Positions 50,993 through 63,980 are shown, numbered from the stretch's first letter. The stretch: 64,000 nt of DNA from Callorhinchus milii (GCF_018977255.1 NW_024704742.1:60204001-60268000); one strand, 5' to 3'. Numbers and translations: made by a program. The notes: generated by a model from the letters alone, not told the origin.

Positions 50993-51434
50993 ACAACAAC
51001 AACAACAAGATTCCATTTATAGAGCGCCTTTCACGTCGGGAGGACATCCCAAGGCGCTGTACAGTTGGGTCAGGACCCGAGCAGGGGGGAAATGGTCAGG
51101 GTGAGGGGAGGGAAGGGAGGGAGCGAGGAGGGGGTAGAGAGGCGAGAGGGGAGCTGAAGGCACGGTCAAAGAGAAAGGTCTTGAGACCGGCCTTGAAGGA
51201 GGAAAGGGAGGACGCGGCGAAGGCACTGGGGGATAGAGTTTCAGAGCCTAGGGGCTGAGAGACTGAAGGCCCGGCCACCGATGGTAGGGCAGTTGGGGCG
51301 GGGGACGTGGAGCTGACTGGAGCCAGAAGAACGGAGGGTAGGGGCAGGTAGGTAGGGGGATAGTAGGTCAGAGAGGTAGGAGGGAGCAAGGCCGTGAATG
51401 GCCTTGTAGGTGAGGATGAGGATCTTGAATTCGA
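50993..51434 (-). mobile_element. Young L2 LINE 3' end
   Basis: Same ORF2 C-terminus as 18429-18918; (AAC)n tail; CpG-rich. Confidence 0.92.
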
Positions 51435-53169
51435 ACCCTAGTTGGTGGTATTATTATTATTATTTTTGCAGCCCTCCGAGTTACTATCCATTATGAAGGT
51501 GACATACAAATGCAAGGTGCTGTGATCTTTTGTTGGAGTTTAGCATTTCTTGCTTTGTACCTAACATGATGTAATACTTCGACTGGTCACTGATGGCAAT
51601 ATTCCCCCTGATCCACTGAGCTCCAATTGGCAAAGTGGTTCACCATCATCTTAGATTCTAAGTAATTGAGATCAGAGGTTTGTTTTGTTTGAATATTTAT
51701 TTGGGGGATGGATATTTAGGTCAGTGGAGTGATGAAAATTGCACTCACTCCAGTTCAAAATATGTTATTTTGCAATAGATGTCTGGGCCTTGGAAAACTA
51801 ACACTGACACTAATGTAAGGAACGCTTAAGGATTAATACACATTTCACCCCTACTTTTGCTTTAACTTTTTTATAATTTCACCTAAGTCTACATTGCTAA
51901 AACAGATTTCTCAGAGGTGACCTTATAGAAGTACAATATATATAAGATGTTAAATATGTAACTCAGAACAATACATTTTGAGACAGGAGAACAAGAGTAT
52001 ATGGTTGCAAAGGGCAATTTCAGCACAGAAGTATTTCAGGGTTCTTGCAGATCACTTTAGAGCTGTCAGAGTAAAACATGTTTCAGAAATACAGCACCAC
52101 CTTCTGATATCTTTCAGATGAAATCTTTGACCAAGTCTCGTCTTTCTGTCTTGTCTGTTTGTTCAAGAGGCATCATTGAAATGCTCTGGCTCTATTTCAA
52201 ATAAGAGTTTGGGTAATGGTCAATATTCTTCCATCAAAACTTACCAAGTTACTATTTCACCTCAAGGTTGTTGGTGCATTTTAGTTGCTGTGTTTGCCGA
52301 TGTAACAATAGCAACAACTATTCAGAAGATATTGACTATGTGAAATAAATAAATAATAATAATTTGGTCAATCAATCCATGACTGTTTGTGGGACACTGC
52401 TGTGTCAATTGGCTGCCGGGATTCGCCCACAAATATGCAGTCAATTCACTTTACAGTCTATTCTGTGAAGCACTTTGAGATGTCTTGAAGACACGATGAG
52501 GCAACATATCAAATGTAAGGATTATTATTATTATGTGAAATAACCTGAGACATTTCAACATAATAGGACACTGGAATAAGAACAAGTATCATAATAATAA
52601 TATTCCTTGCATTTACTGCAGCTAATTATCACTTTGTAGAGATGTATCAAAACAATTCGCAGGACATAGAGTAAAATGGTGTGACTCTTGGACTCTGTGC
52701 ATTATGTGGGAAAATTGTACACTTGGATGACATGCTTAACATGCTGGACAAATCCTTTGAAGAATTGAAAGAGATGAAAGAGAAACAAAATGCAGAGGAC
52801 TTTGGTTTCATTCAGATTTTCAAAAAATATTGCTATGTTGCTGCATAATCAATTTTTGCAAAAATAATGGCACATGGAACGAAAGAGTCGCATGGATAGA
52901 GAAATAATTAGCGTTCCCAGAACAAAGAGAAGGGGCAAAAATAATAATAATAATCCTTGCATTTGATTTAGTGGTTTATCACGCCATTGAGATGTCTCAA
53001 AGCACTTCACAGAATATACTGTAAAGTGTAGTGACTGGATATTTGAGGGTAAAACGCGGGAGCCAATTGCACACAGAAGTCTCTCACAAACAGTTGTGGA
53101 TTGAGTTACCAGAATATTATCATTATAAAAGTAAGCTTCCTGGACTGGGAACAAGTGGTGAATGATATT

Positions 53170-53510
53170 CCATAAGAATCTAGTGTTTGGGGGCTGTGCT
53201 TATTTATTATAAAACAAAATTATCTAAAGTTCGGGATTGAGAAAACAATATCGGAATTAGCTGATGACGCCAAATTAGGGTGGATGATAAATTGTGCAGA
53301 TGCAGTGGAATGTCAGAAAATGTCAAGTAGTACATTTTTATGGAAAGGAGATGAACAGGAAAAACACCTCAAATGGTAACATTTTAAGCGGAGTAGAGGA
53401 GCAGAGAGGCATTGGTGTGCAGACATCAAAGTCATTAATGGATGCAAAATAGGTCAATAAGGATTATAAAATATAAAAAATAAATTCTTGGTTTTATACT
53501 CAGAGGTATA
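53170..53510 (+). mobile_element. Old CR1 reverse-transcriptase fragment
   Basis: ISELADDAKLG (ADD motif) and downstream CR1-like sequence. Confidence 0.6.
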
Positions 53511-53617
53511 TATAATAATATAATAGTCCCTACATTTGATTTAGTGCCTTATCACATAGTTGAGATGTCCCAAAGTGCTTCATATTGTTTTTTTAACTTT
53601 GAAGTGTAATGACTTCA

Positions 53618-53905
53618 CAGCCTCTCAGCCCCGAGACTCTGGAAGTCCATCCCCCAGTGCCTTCGCATTGCCTCCTCCCTTTCCTCCTTCAAGGCCGGTC
53701 TCAAGACCTTTCTTTTTGACCGTGCCTTCAGCTCCCCTCTCGACTCTCTACCCCCTCCTCGCTCCCTCCCTTCCCTCCCCTCACCCTGACCATTTCCCCT
53801 CTGCTCGGGTCCTGACCCAACTGTACAGCGCCTTGGGACGTCCTCCCGACGTGAAAGGCGCTCTATAAATGGAATCTTGTTGTTGTTGTTGTTGTTGTTG
53901 TTGTT
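53618..53905 (+). mobile_element. Young L2 LINE 3' end inserted into a SINE tail
   Basis: Reverse complement of 50993-51270; stem-loop at 53827-53862; (GTT)n tail. Confidence 0.9.
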
Positions 53906-54243
53906 ATAGATGAAACAGCAATTAATTTGTGCATAGCAATGTCTTACAAACAGCTGTGAAGTGAATGGTGAATACTATACATACAATGTGATATAATACA
54001 TAGAATTCCAAAGGAAAGAGGGTAATGTTGTCCAAGAACATTGCTTTCCTCATCCAAAACCTTTACTGAAGGGGCAGACTAGATAAATACACCCTATAAA
54101 AATAAATATTATGCAAGAAAAAGCTTTAGAAGCATTCTAGGGTTGCCAATTTACAAAAGAAACTTAACTTCATAATGGGAATATCAAAGATGAGAACCAT
54201 CTGGTTTGAAGGCCATCTGGTTTGAGATGCAATGCGATATATT

Positions 54244-54553
54244 GTGGAGTCCTGCAGCTCAGTAGTTAGAGCACTCACCTTGCAAGTGAGACACCTGGGT
54301 TTGATTCCTAGCAAGGCAAAACCTTGGGCAAGTTTCTTTACTTCACACGCCCGATAATAATTCCTCAAGAAAAAAATAATAAATAGGTCACTTCAATCCA
54401 CGACTGTTTGTGGGACACTGCTGTGCACAATTGACTGCCGCGTTTTGCCCACAAATATACAGTCAATTCACTTTACAATATATTCTGTGAAGCGCTTTGA
54501 GACGACTAGAAGACATGAAAAGTGCTACATCGAGTGCAAGGATTATTATCATC
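54244..54553 (+). mobile_element. Full-length tRNA-Ala-headed SINE
   Basis: GTGGAGTCCTGCAGCTCAGTAGTTAGAGCAC head, body, tail. Confidence 0.9.
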
Positions 54554-54652
54554 ATTGGTTATTTTATGCCAGCATAAAATAATACAGATAGTGATTTAAA
54601 CATTACCTCCATCACATACATGTTTTTCAATGTTTTAATTAAAAGTCAAATG

Positions 54653-54969
54653 TAATAATAATAATAATCCTTGCATTTGATATAGGGCTTTTCACGTCTT
54701 CTAGACGTCTCAAAGCGCTTCACAGGATATACTGTAAAATGAATTGACTGTATAATTGTGGGTGAAACGCAGCAGCCAATTGCACTCAGCAGTGTCCCAC
54801 AAACAGTCATGGATTGAAGTGACCAATTTATTATTGGTTTCTTCTTGAGGGATTATTATTAGGCATGTGGTGTAAGGAAACTTGCCCAAGGTTTCGCCCT
54901 GCCGGGAGTCAACCCGAGGTCTCTCGCTTGCGAGGCAAGTGCTCTAACTACTGAGCTACAGGACTCCAC
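54653..54969 (-). mobile_element. Full-length tRNA-Ala-headed SINE
   Basis: Reverse complement of the adjacent copy. Confidence 0.9.
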
Positions 54970-56519
54970 GTGTAGTGGAGTGCCCAATTCAAAATCTTGC
55001 TAAAGTTGCAAGCAAATGTTTACACAAAGAGTTAAAGTGCAAATCCAGTCTTTCATTTTGGCCGCTAGCTCAATTCTTTCCTTGCAATCTGTCACGTGCT
55101 GTCAACCTGTCTATCCTCCACTCCAGGGTTTATACATGCAATTAATCTATCATTTGCTTTCTCCATTTACCAAGTCAGAAACATAATCATATACTAAAAG
55201 TTCAACCACTGACCAGGTTTTCAATTGTGTGAATCTGACTGAAAGCGACGTGAATTTAATAAAAATTCAGAAAATCCAAATTAAAATTAAATTGTTCAAT
55301 ATAAATAAGAATTTGCGATATTTTTTGACAGAAGTGCTAACTGAAAATCCAATGTGATCAAAATGATTGAAGAACAAAAGGAGTAAAAAACTAATGACTT
55401 TGATAACGTGCACTAATAATGGAAAATCCCATCAAACTCTGAATCAAACCAAGTAACATTATTCAGAATGTATTTTGCTTTTGTCACTCAATTTCAAATC
55501 CAGTTACACTTTAGACTTGCGTGGTGGTCATGTTTTATATTAATAAAGAATCCCCACTTCACAATTATCACATGATGTCTAACGACTTAGCATCGTAATT
55601 GATCACACACAAAATGTTGCATTGAAATGCGTTTCTGTCAGGAGTTAATGAAGACATTTGTTTGGCACTGACTTAATGACCTGGCAAATTCAATTTTCTA
55701 GGAATATCCTTCTTTCCCTCAGTTACAATTTAACGTTTTCATGAATTCTTGGCAGGCAAATATTGTAATAGTTTGTGTAAGAACTCAGAATCCTTCAGGT
55801 GGATGTGTTACAGTTAACAGACGAACTGATTTGCTGAAGAAACGTCCCTGGCCTATATACTGAAAGTGTCACATTTATTGTTTCAACTCCCCTCTGATGT
55901 CTATGTTCCAGCAACATCAAACACAAGTGGAGTGTTGGGAACATTGCTATTGCAAAAGAGCTGAGAAAAAATTAAAAAATGCTATTGTGACTTTATAATA
56001 CAATCATAATCAGAATTAAACTGTAATGTTTCACAAATTCATTCAATGTAAAATCACCACCCTCCTTGGCAGCCTGCACCAGCTGTTAATTACCCTTTGG
56101 GTAAAAATGTACAGTATTTCCTGGTTTCTGTCCTGAAATTGCCTTTTCAGTTCTAAAGTTACTTCCTCTTGTTCTACTTTCTTCATACAGCCTAAAAGTA
56201 TTGTTCTGGGTTCACTTTGTCAATGCAATTTAAAGAATACATACCTCTATAAGGTCTCCTCTGAGACATCTCCTTTCAAGACTGAGGAGCCCTAACGTGT
56301 TGATGTGAAAGGTGCTTTATAAATGTAAAATTTTTGTCATTGTAATCGTTGCTCATAGCACATTCCTCCAACGCTGAGGATCAAAATAGAAAAATCCCAG
56401 TGTGTACACACCCAATTTGAATTAGAGAAAGCATTCTCACGGTCTAGATCAGGAAACCGACCTGTTTTTTTTCTTCCCACCAGAGAAAGAAAACTGATCT
56501 GTGCCAGAAGCTGAATGGA

Positions 56520-56760
56520 TTAGAGACCAAGAGCAGGAAAGTACAGGAAAATCTTGCCAATCTGTGCCAAATACTGTTCAGAATTAAATAAGCAAGATGC
56601 TTTCCTCCCAGGTGAAAGTGTGAACTCCACTCCAGGTAAATGAAGGTAGGTCGTATGCATATTTGATCTCTTAGTCTGTTTCGGCTACTATTAAGCATGA
56701 TGATGGGTTTCTGCATGTGTCAGGCACTGTGGTCTAGCTGACCTGAATGATCAAAAAAAA
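56520..56760 (+). mobile_element. Family X retroposon 3' end
   Basis: TTAAGCATGATGATGGGTTTCTGCATGTGTCAGGCAC...A-tract. Confidence 0.65.
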
Positions 56761-57780
56761 TTGTAAAAATTTACATTGCAGTTTATATAGAACATAATTC
56801 AATACAACTTAATCCAGCAGCCAATATAGCAATTGAAAGCAAACTGTTCAAGGGTAATTTGGTTTTAAATCACCCGATTCAATGACAATAAAACTTAAAT
56901 AGGGCAATCTGTGGAACAAAATGTACAATAGTAAACTCAGACAGCTGAACTGCACTGACAGTCAGAACAATAGAGCATGTGATTAGGAGATCAGAAGTTG
57001 TGCTGTAGCGAATACATTGTAAAATGAATAGGCTGCTCTTTATAAAACATTAGTGCCATAGAAATAAATATAGTTCTTACAATTGTTGAAAACTTTTTAA
57101 CTTACAGAAAATGGCAACCTAAACAATAAATCTACTTAAAACGGAATTAAATTATGAAATGATGTCTGCAAATTTCATATAATAATAGTTATACTAATAA
57201 AAACAATAATAATAGTTACATTAGTATAGCGCCTTTCAAATCGGAAGGGCATCCCAAAGCACTTAACAGGACATACCGTAAAATGGAATGACTGTGCGTT
57301 TTGTCGACAGACATGAAGTGCATAAAAATCAGTGTGTATTTCATAGGTAAATATAGGTTGAATAGGGTTATTATTTGTTGAAGCCAGTAATGTGTGTGCC
57401 CTCAACAAGTCATTAATTGGATAGCGGGCTTACAGAACTGAATAAATTTGATCATGTAAGAAATTCCAAACTTTTCTATGTGATTATAAATTACAATCAG
57501 ACAAGGCCAAATTTAACCTATATCAGCAAACTAAGTAGAGGTGGTTAGGTTGCAACTAATAATAATAATAAATAATAATCCTTGCATTTGATATAGCGCC
57601 TTATCACGTCTTCTAGACGTTTCAAAGTGCTTCACAGAATATACTGTAAAGTGAATTGACTGTATATTTTATGTCCAAACTGACAGCATGACAATATTGC
57701 CAATTTCAGCAGTCATTATTTTCTTCAACAGGAAACAAGATAAAAAGGAGACCAAACAGGAAAGGATCCTATTCTCAATG

Positions 57781-57950
57781 GAGACTTCGAACGCTTCTTG
57801 TCTTATATAGGCTTATTCAAGGAGCAATTTGAACAGTTTCAACATACTTTTGACAGAAGAGACACACATTTTATTGTCAAAGTGACTGCTGCCTTTCATT
57901 TAATGGCTACTGGATCGTTGAAATCTAAAGAGATGATTTCTGCCCATTGG
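57781..57950 (+). mobile_element. Fossil Harbinger/PIF transposase N-terminal fragment
   Basis: GDFERFLSYIGLFKEQFEQ...RRDTHFIVKVTAAFHLMATGS resembles the F..Y.R...F / DT / KL..TL..LATG region of Harbinger transposases. Confidence 0.5.
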
Positions 57951-59589
57951 TGACATTGTTCCAGAAAGCTGCCAGGACCAATGTTTCACATGATGATGGT
58001 CAGCTGTAGGTCACAGTCAATTCAATGATGTATAGGGCGATAATTAGTGAAAGATATTATTAATCACTGATTGACCATATTTGATGCAGAGGAACTGAAA
58101 GAGCTTGGTTCAGTGGTAGCACTCTTGCCTCTGAATTAGAAGATTGTGGGTTCAAGCCCCATGTTGAGACTTGAAAATTACATAGCCTAACAAAATTCTG
58201 ACAAGAGTCCCATCTTAATCCACTCTGTTCTAACACAGAACATGCTGTACGTTTTGGTTGGGGCCAGCAGCAGGAGAAAGTTTGGAGTATTGGAAAGTAC
58301 AAGCTGCTGTTTAGTTTGAAGGCTAATTGCTCAGCGGGTTTATACTGTCTCCCTGACACCTCTCCCCTTTCTTGTAAGCCAGACAAGCAGTAACTGAAGC
58401 ATTGATAGTGTGAATAATTAATTGAATGCAAGCGGGGACTCATCGATCAACTTCTCAACTTGCTGGGATGCAAAGGTGGGCCACCCGCAGACGTTTTCTT
58501 CAAAGCCAGGAAGAGGATATTATTAGCTACAAAGTAGCTGCAGTGTTGCCATTGGAGACAAAACTGGTACTTGCTCCTCTCCATTGTACACCAGTACTGC
58601 TTGCTGACACGTGATGCAGAGATTTATATGCAACCTCATCATGTGCTCCAAACCTATCTGGAAAAGTCAAATTGGATCCCTCACTATGTACAGCTAACTC
58701 TCGTCAGCAATTAAAATTCAGTGGAGCGCACATCTAAAGTTAAATCTCTTTGCAATCTCTTGCATTAGTTACTTTAATTTAAAATACAGTTCCTCATAGA
58801 ACAGCACTCTGGTTCCAGTTGTTATTGCAATTAATAAGCAGCAACTTACTGTTTCCTATGGTTCAATGTTTTCACTTACAAGCAATTGCCCATTAAAGCC
58901 ATAAAGCATACATACTGTATTTAGTCCCTTGGAGAAATAAATTGACAGGCTTTCTAGAAGAGGCAATGAAATTAATTTTAATGGGCCCTTTTAGCAATTG
59001 GTGCAAAACAAAAGGAAAAAAATGCAAACTGTCACATGTCTTGTTTTTGACAAAAATAAAATTCTTAAAAGCTAATTAGCTGATTTTCTTGACATTTTCC
59101 ATGAACAGATTTCATCCTTTGGATGAAACATTAAACCCTCATGCTGTGCTTTTAATGTCCATCTCTCCTGTACAGATGGACATTAAAAATCCCTAGACAC
59201 GACATACAAAGTGTCCTGGCCAACAATCCTCCAGGGAAATTGGTGATTCACTTCAAGCTATTTAATAATAATAATCCTTGCATTTGATATAGCACCTTAT
59301 CATGTCATTGAGATGTCTCAAAGCGCTTCACAGAATAGATTGTAAAGTGGAGTGACTGTGTATTTTGTGAGCAAAACGTGATTGGCAGGACCTTTCTGTG
59401 CAGAAATTCAGCTACCACATTAGCCTGCAATTACATCACTACACTAAAATGCAATTATCTATGAAATGTTTTGAGACATTTTGACATTATAGATGCTATA
59501 TTAAAAGCAAGGATCATTATCTTTAGTGATAGACATTTAAAAGGTTGGCATTTAGTATGGGGAAAGGCTATCAATGGAGAGAGACATTT

Positions 59590-59900
59590 TGGATGAGCTG
59601 TTTGATAGCTTTCACTTCGCTTGTGGGATATAAAAAACCTGAAAATGAAGAGTACAATGGCTGAGATGGTTATGAAAGAGAATTTATTTCACACCAGACT
59701 TGTGTTTCTCTATCTTCTGTCCCTCTTTGCCTTCCCTTCCTCTGCATGAAATCCACGCTTATATTGGTCCAACTTTCAGCAATGTGTGGCTCAAAAATGC
59801 TTCACCAGTGATGATTATCATATCATAGGACATTCCGCTTCTGGAAATGATCCAGTGGATAACTAACGGGAAAAACTTTTCTCCTCTTCCAACGTTATGA
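59590..59900 (+). mobile_element. Fossil Harbinger/PIF DDE-core fragment
   Basis: With frameshifts: FDSFH (DGxH-like), KPENEEYNG*DGY, AFPSSA* (WPGSxHD-like), DYHIIGHSA (IGDSAY-like). Confidence 0.4.
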
Positions 59901-62139
59901 GCAAGTTTTGCCCAAATGTCAGTCACTTCATCTGCTCATCCAATCACTGCTTCCTTTGATCAAACCTTAGATCAAACCACTTCAGTGCTGATTGGTGGGA
60001 ACAAGTACTTAAATATTAAAAGAGGGAGGTCACACCTGGAGTCAGTTCAAAATCAGAGATAGGTTCAACTGCAATCTTCATCCTAATATGAGACCAACAT
60101 CAATTGGCAAGTTCCCAAGAGGAGCTTGTGTGAAGAAAATCTTTCAGCCCATTTAGGAACATCAGAATAGAGTAAAATTAATTTCATCCATCCAAGATCA
60201 TCTACCCTAACATCCTTCCATCAAAGCTTCAAGCTGTGTTTTTTCAATCAGTTCAACATCTTTACTCAATTACCCTTCTTAGAAATCGGTTCCAGTCATT
60301 AATTATCCTCTGGGTAAAGCAATACTTCCTGGTATCTGCCCTGAAATTGTCCTTGCAAACCTAAACATTTGTCATTGAGGTAGCTCCTCAGCTAATTTTT
60401 TTTTATCATGTCACAAATTCAGCTACAGATTTTAGTTGAACAGATCTGAAAGTTCTCCATGGATTTTTTTTCTCTTCCTTTCTCTCCTTCCTTCTCACAG
60501 CTTTTTATTCTCAGAGCTCATGTCTCTGGGTCACACACGTTCTCCTGCACATGTGTTGATCCAGCTGGGCTGATGAAATACTGCATCTATGACAAATAGA
60601 AGGCAGAAAACTCTTGAAATTATCAGTTTTACTGCACTAAAAGCAAGATTCCACGAGCACTAAGGGTTTCCACTTTGAAATGAGAATTTCATTTTGATAT
60701 TTTGCCAAATACATCTATAGTTGAGTAATAAGTCACGCTTGCATAAATTTGTTAGTTCCTTTATGTAGTTACTGAATCCCCATTAATACTCTTCACTCTG
60801 ACTGCACATTTAGTGTTAAACTATATATGAGTGCAAATACATCAGTGTCTAACAGAGAGTATGCCAATCAATGAACACCAATTAGCAGTTACAAGCTATA
60901 GTGTGAAAATGAAAATGACTCTTCCACAGAACAGCAATGAAGTCACGTGGAGAATCGTGATTATTTTGAGTATGTGCAGAACTACAATTAATATGCTGCT
61001 TTAAATAGTCATTTGATCATTGTAGACAGGAAGAATAAAGATATTATTAAAGGACATTTTCAATGATATTAAAACAACAGACACAACATAAATTTAGGGT
61101 GAAATTCTATCTGGGCCTATTTATTAACGTAACATTTTGGAGCATCCAGAATATTGCAAATTCTTAAATGCAACCTTTATTTTGAAGCCAGTTTTCAGTC
61201 CCGTTTTACAGTCATTCCATCATTACAGTACAACCCGTGAAGTGTTTTGAGAAATCCTCCAATGTGACATGCACTATATCAAATGTAAGGACCATTATTA
61301 TTTTATTAATGAAAGGTTAATTAGCATTTGAAGCTATTTGAATGTATTAATTGCTTCATATCTGCCCTAAACATGCTATGAACCAGAGGCAGACACGAGA
61401 GGATACTCTAAATGAGTATTTGTGGTGAATTATTCATATCACAGTGGATAAACTATGCTAAGTCTGGCAAGAAATAGGTGGGAATTCTTACCTGGCATTA
61501 ACAGAAATTGTAATTAACACTTTTGCAGCCACTTTGTAAATGTTTAAATTTGTAATGAGAATCTTTTGATGCCACTTCAATTTGTAATTTAAACAGATGC
61601 AGATGTAAAGTAGCTTATGGAAATTTAAAGTATCATTTAAACTTTGACCTCGTTCTTGTCATAAATATGAAATATTTATAAGTAAAAGTTATATTCAAAG
61701 ACTTCTGCAGCCAGATAGCTTGACATCTGCTGATAAGTAATTCCAGTTATTTAAAAGCTTTAGCTTTGAGTCTCGGGCAATGTTTAAAAAAAGGTTGAGT
61801 TTAAGACACAATAGAGGAAAAAATATGATGTATGATGTGATTGTTATCACAAGGGCAGAAATTGCAGTTGCTTTGTATTCAGTCATTAATGACTTGTCAG
61901 GAACCTAACATGTTGGGTCGGGAAAATCGTCCCTCTTGAAACCGACAATGGACTCTGTCTCTATCATCTTACTTGGTAGGGCATTCCACGTCCCAACAAC
62001 TTTATGTGTGGCCTTTGCTCTCACTGGGCTCACTCTTCCCGATTATCTGCCAACATATTGTTCAAAATATATTATATACACCGGAAACCAACTTTATTTC
62101 CTGATATAAGATTGAAATGGTAGTTTTAACTCTACCTTT

Positions 62140-62485
62140 ATGGGTTCTACATAATCTAAGCTGGCACTTCAAAGTGGTGCTTTGTGTGTGTTGTATTGTT
62201 GGAGATGCTGTCTTTTGGATGAGATGTTGAACCAAGGTTCCATTTGCCTGTTCAGGTGGCCGTTATAGATCCCATGGTACTAATTGAAAACAGAAGGGAG
62301 TTTCTCCCGATGTCGTGGCCAACAATTTCCCAAATAAAATTGGTCACTCACTTCATGGCTGTTTGTGGGACATTGCTGTGTGCAAATTTGCTGCTGTGTT
62401 TGCCCATAAAATGCACAGTCACTCTACCTTACTATATATCCTGTGGAGCAGTTTGAGATGTTCTCCCAATGTGAACAGTGCAATA
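62140..62485 (+). mobile_element. Deu-like SINE, near full length
   Basis: GGATGAGATGTTGAACCAAGG...GCCTGTTCAGGTGG...GATCCCATGG...GGGAGTTTCTCCCGATGTCGTGGCCAACA; 3' body and tail. Confidence 0.75.
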
Positions 62486-63739
62486 ATGACCTCCTTTGCA
62501 GGTAACAGAGTGTTTACGTTGTCCTTGGCTAAGGTCTTCTCATTTTTCTGTTAAGTTTGTTTTTGACACTGAGGAATGTGGTCTTTTGTCAACTGAGGAA
62601 TATGTGTTTGTTCTAGTTTATTCCTTGGACATTAGATCATGTTTCAAATGTACTTCACTCTCATAGATTACTCAAGATAAAATTTCATGGACAAGTAAAA
62701 AAGAAAATGGATCCAGAATAAGTCTGATTTGTTCAACATTGTGGAGCCAAATAGCATTCTTGACACTGGCTACCTGAGACTAGGTTCTCATATTGTTGCA
62801 ATATCCCACTTCGTCTCATCACCATACAATGAGAATTGAAACTTAAAATTGAAATTAAAATGTAAATGTACTTTCATCGGCCACTATACAAAATAATAAA
62901 TAATTTACATTTGTTATACTGCCTATAATGCATTAAAAGTGCTTCATAGGTAATTGCTGTAATATGTAGTGATTGTGTGTTAGTAGGCAAACATGGCAGC
63001 AGGAGCATGGTTTCAACTTTAATCCAACTTTGGCAGCTCAGACAACACAACACTCTCTCGTACTGTAGTGCCAATCAAGATTGGGAGCTCAAGTTTCAGT
63101 GCGGTGCTTGAATCCATGACCTTCTGACCCATGGATAAGCTTACCGATGACTGAGCCTGGACCCAGTCTGGATACCACATCTCAAATTTTTTTTCTCCAT
63201 ATGTCAATAATGAGAAACTTTCAATAGGTTGCCAAGTGGTTTTTCAGGTGCTTGCACATTGCTGTTTTAATTAGACGATCCTTGAAAAACTAGTTTAGGA
63301 CAATTCAATCAGAAGAGGCTTAAATTGAATCAGTTCATTTCCCTGTTTCAGGCTGAATACTCCTCATGAGCTGTACACCAAAACACTTCAGTAATCATTG
63401 GAAGTAATCACACCACATTATTTCACTTGTGCAGAGATGAATGTGAAATACGTTAGAGTGCAGTTTACTGCCTTCAACATAACTGTGCTGATTAGTTCAG
63501 CTTCAACTTTCTTTCCTTGTTGAGTCCAATCTGAGCCCTGTCTTTATCATTTGCTTTACAGTCCTGTCTGATTATTGTCCCAGCTCAAGCTTTCCTTTGT
63601 GGCTATTCTAATCTGTTTGAATTCTGGTTTTCTTTCTCTGTTCCCTCAGGTCTAGGTTTCCTATTTGTGGAGATTAGGAAACAGGTTCATAATTATTTAA
63701 GTGACATTGTCTTATTCTTTGCCATAGAGTCCCACTATC

Positions 63740-63980
63740 AACCGGCTCCTCCATCCACCCTCTCATGCCTTGCCCATCCTCTCCTCCAACTGCAAGGAGA
63801 TGCTAGATTTCCTCGAGAGCAAAATCAAGGGGATCCGTTCAGCTGCCTACATCCACTCTCCCAATTGTCAACCTTCCCCATCTCTCCCTTATACTCCACC
63901 CCTACCCATCCCTCCCTCCACACCTTCAAACCTGTCTCCCCCTTCTCTCACCACCACTATAATCCACATGAAGCCTATCA
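63740..63980 (+). mobile_element. L2 ORF2 pre-RT fragment
   Basis: CKEMLDFLESKIKGIRS...LHTFKPVSP...IIHMKP, typical of the L2 tether region. Confidence 0.65.

Noticed and set aside
60465..60500. Strong splice acceptor (polypyrimidine + CAG); also 63625-63649
   Set aside because: No convincing downstream donor or recognisable coding sequence
60569..60612. Hammerhead ribozyme (CTGATGA...GAAA)
   Set aside because: Stem II closing pair and flanking stems do not form
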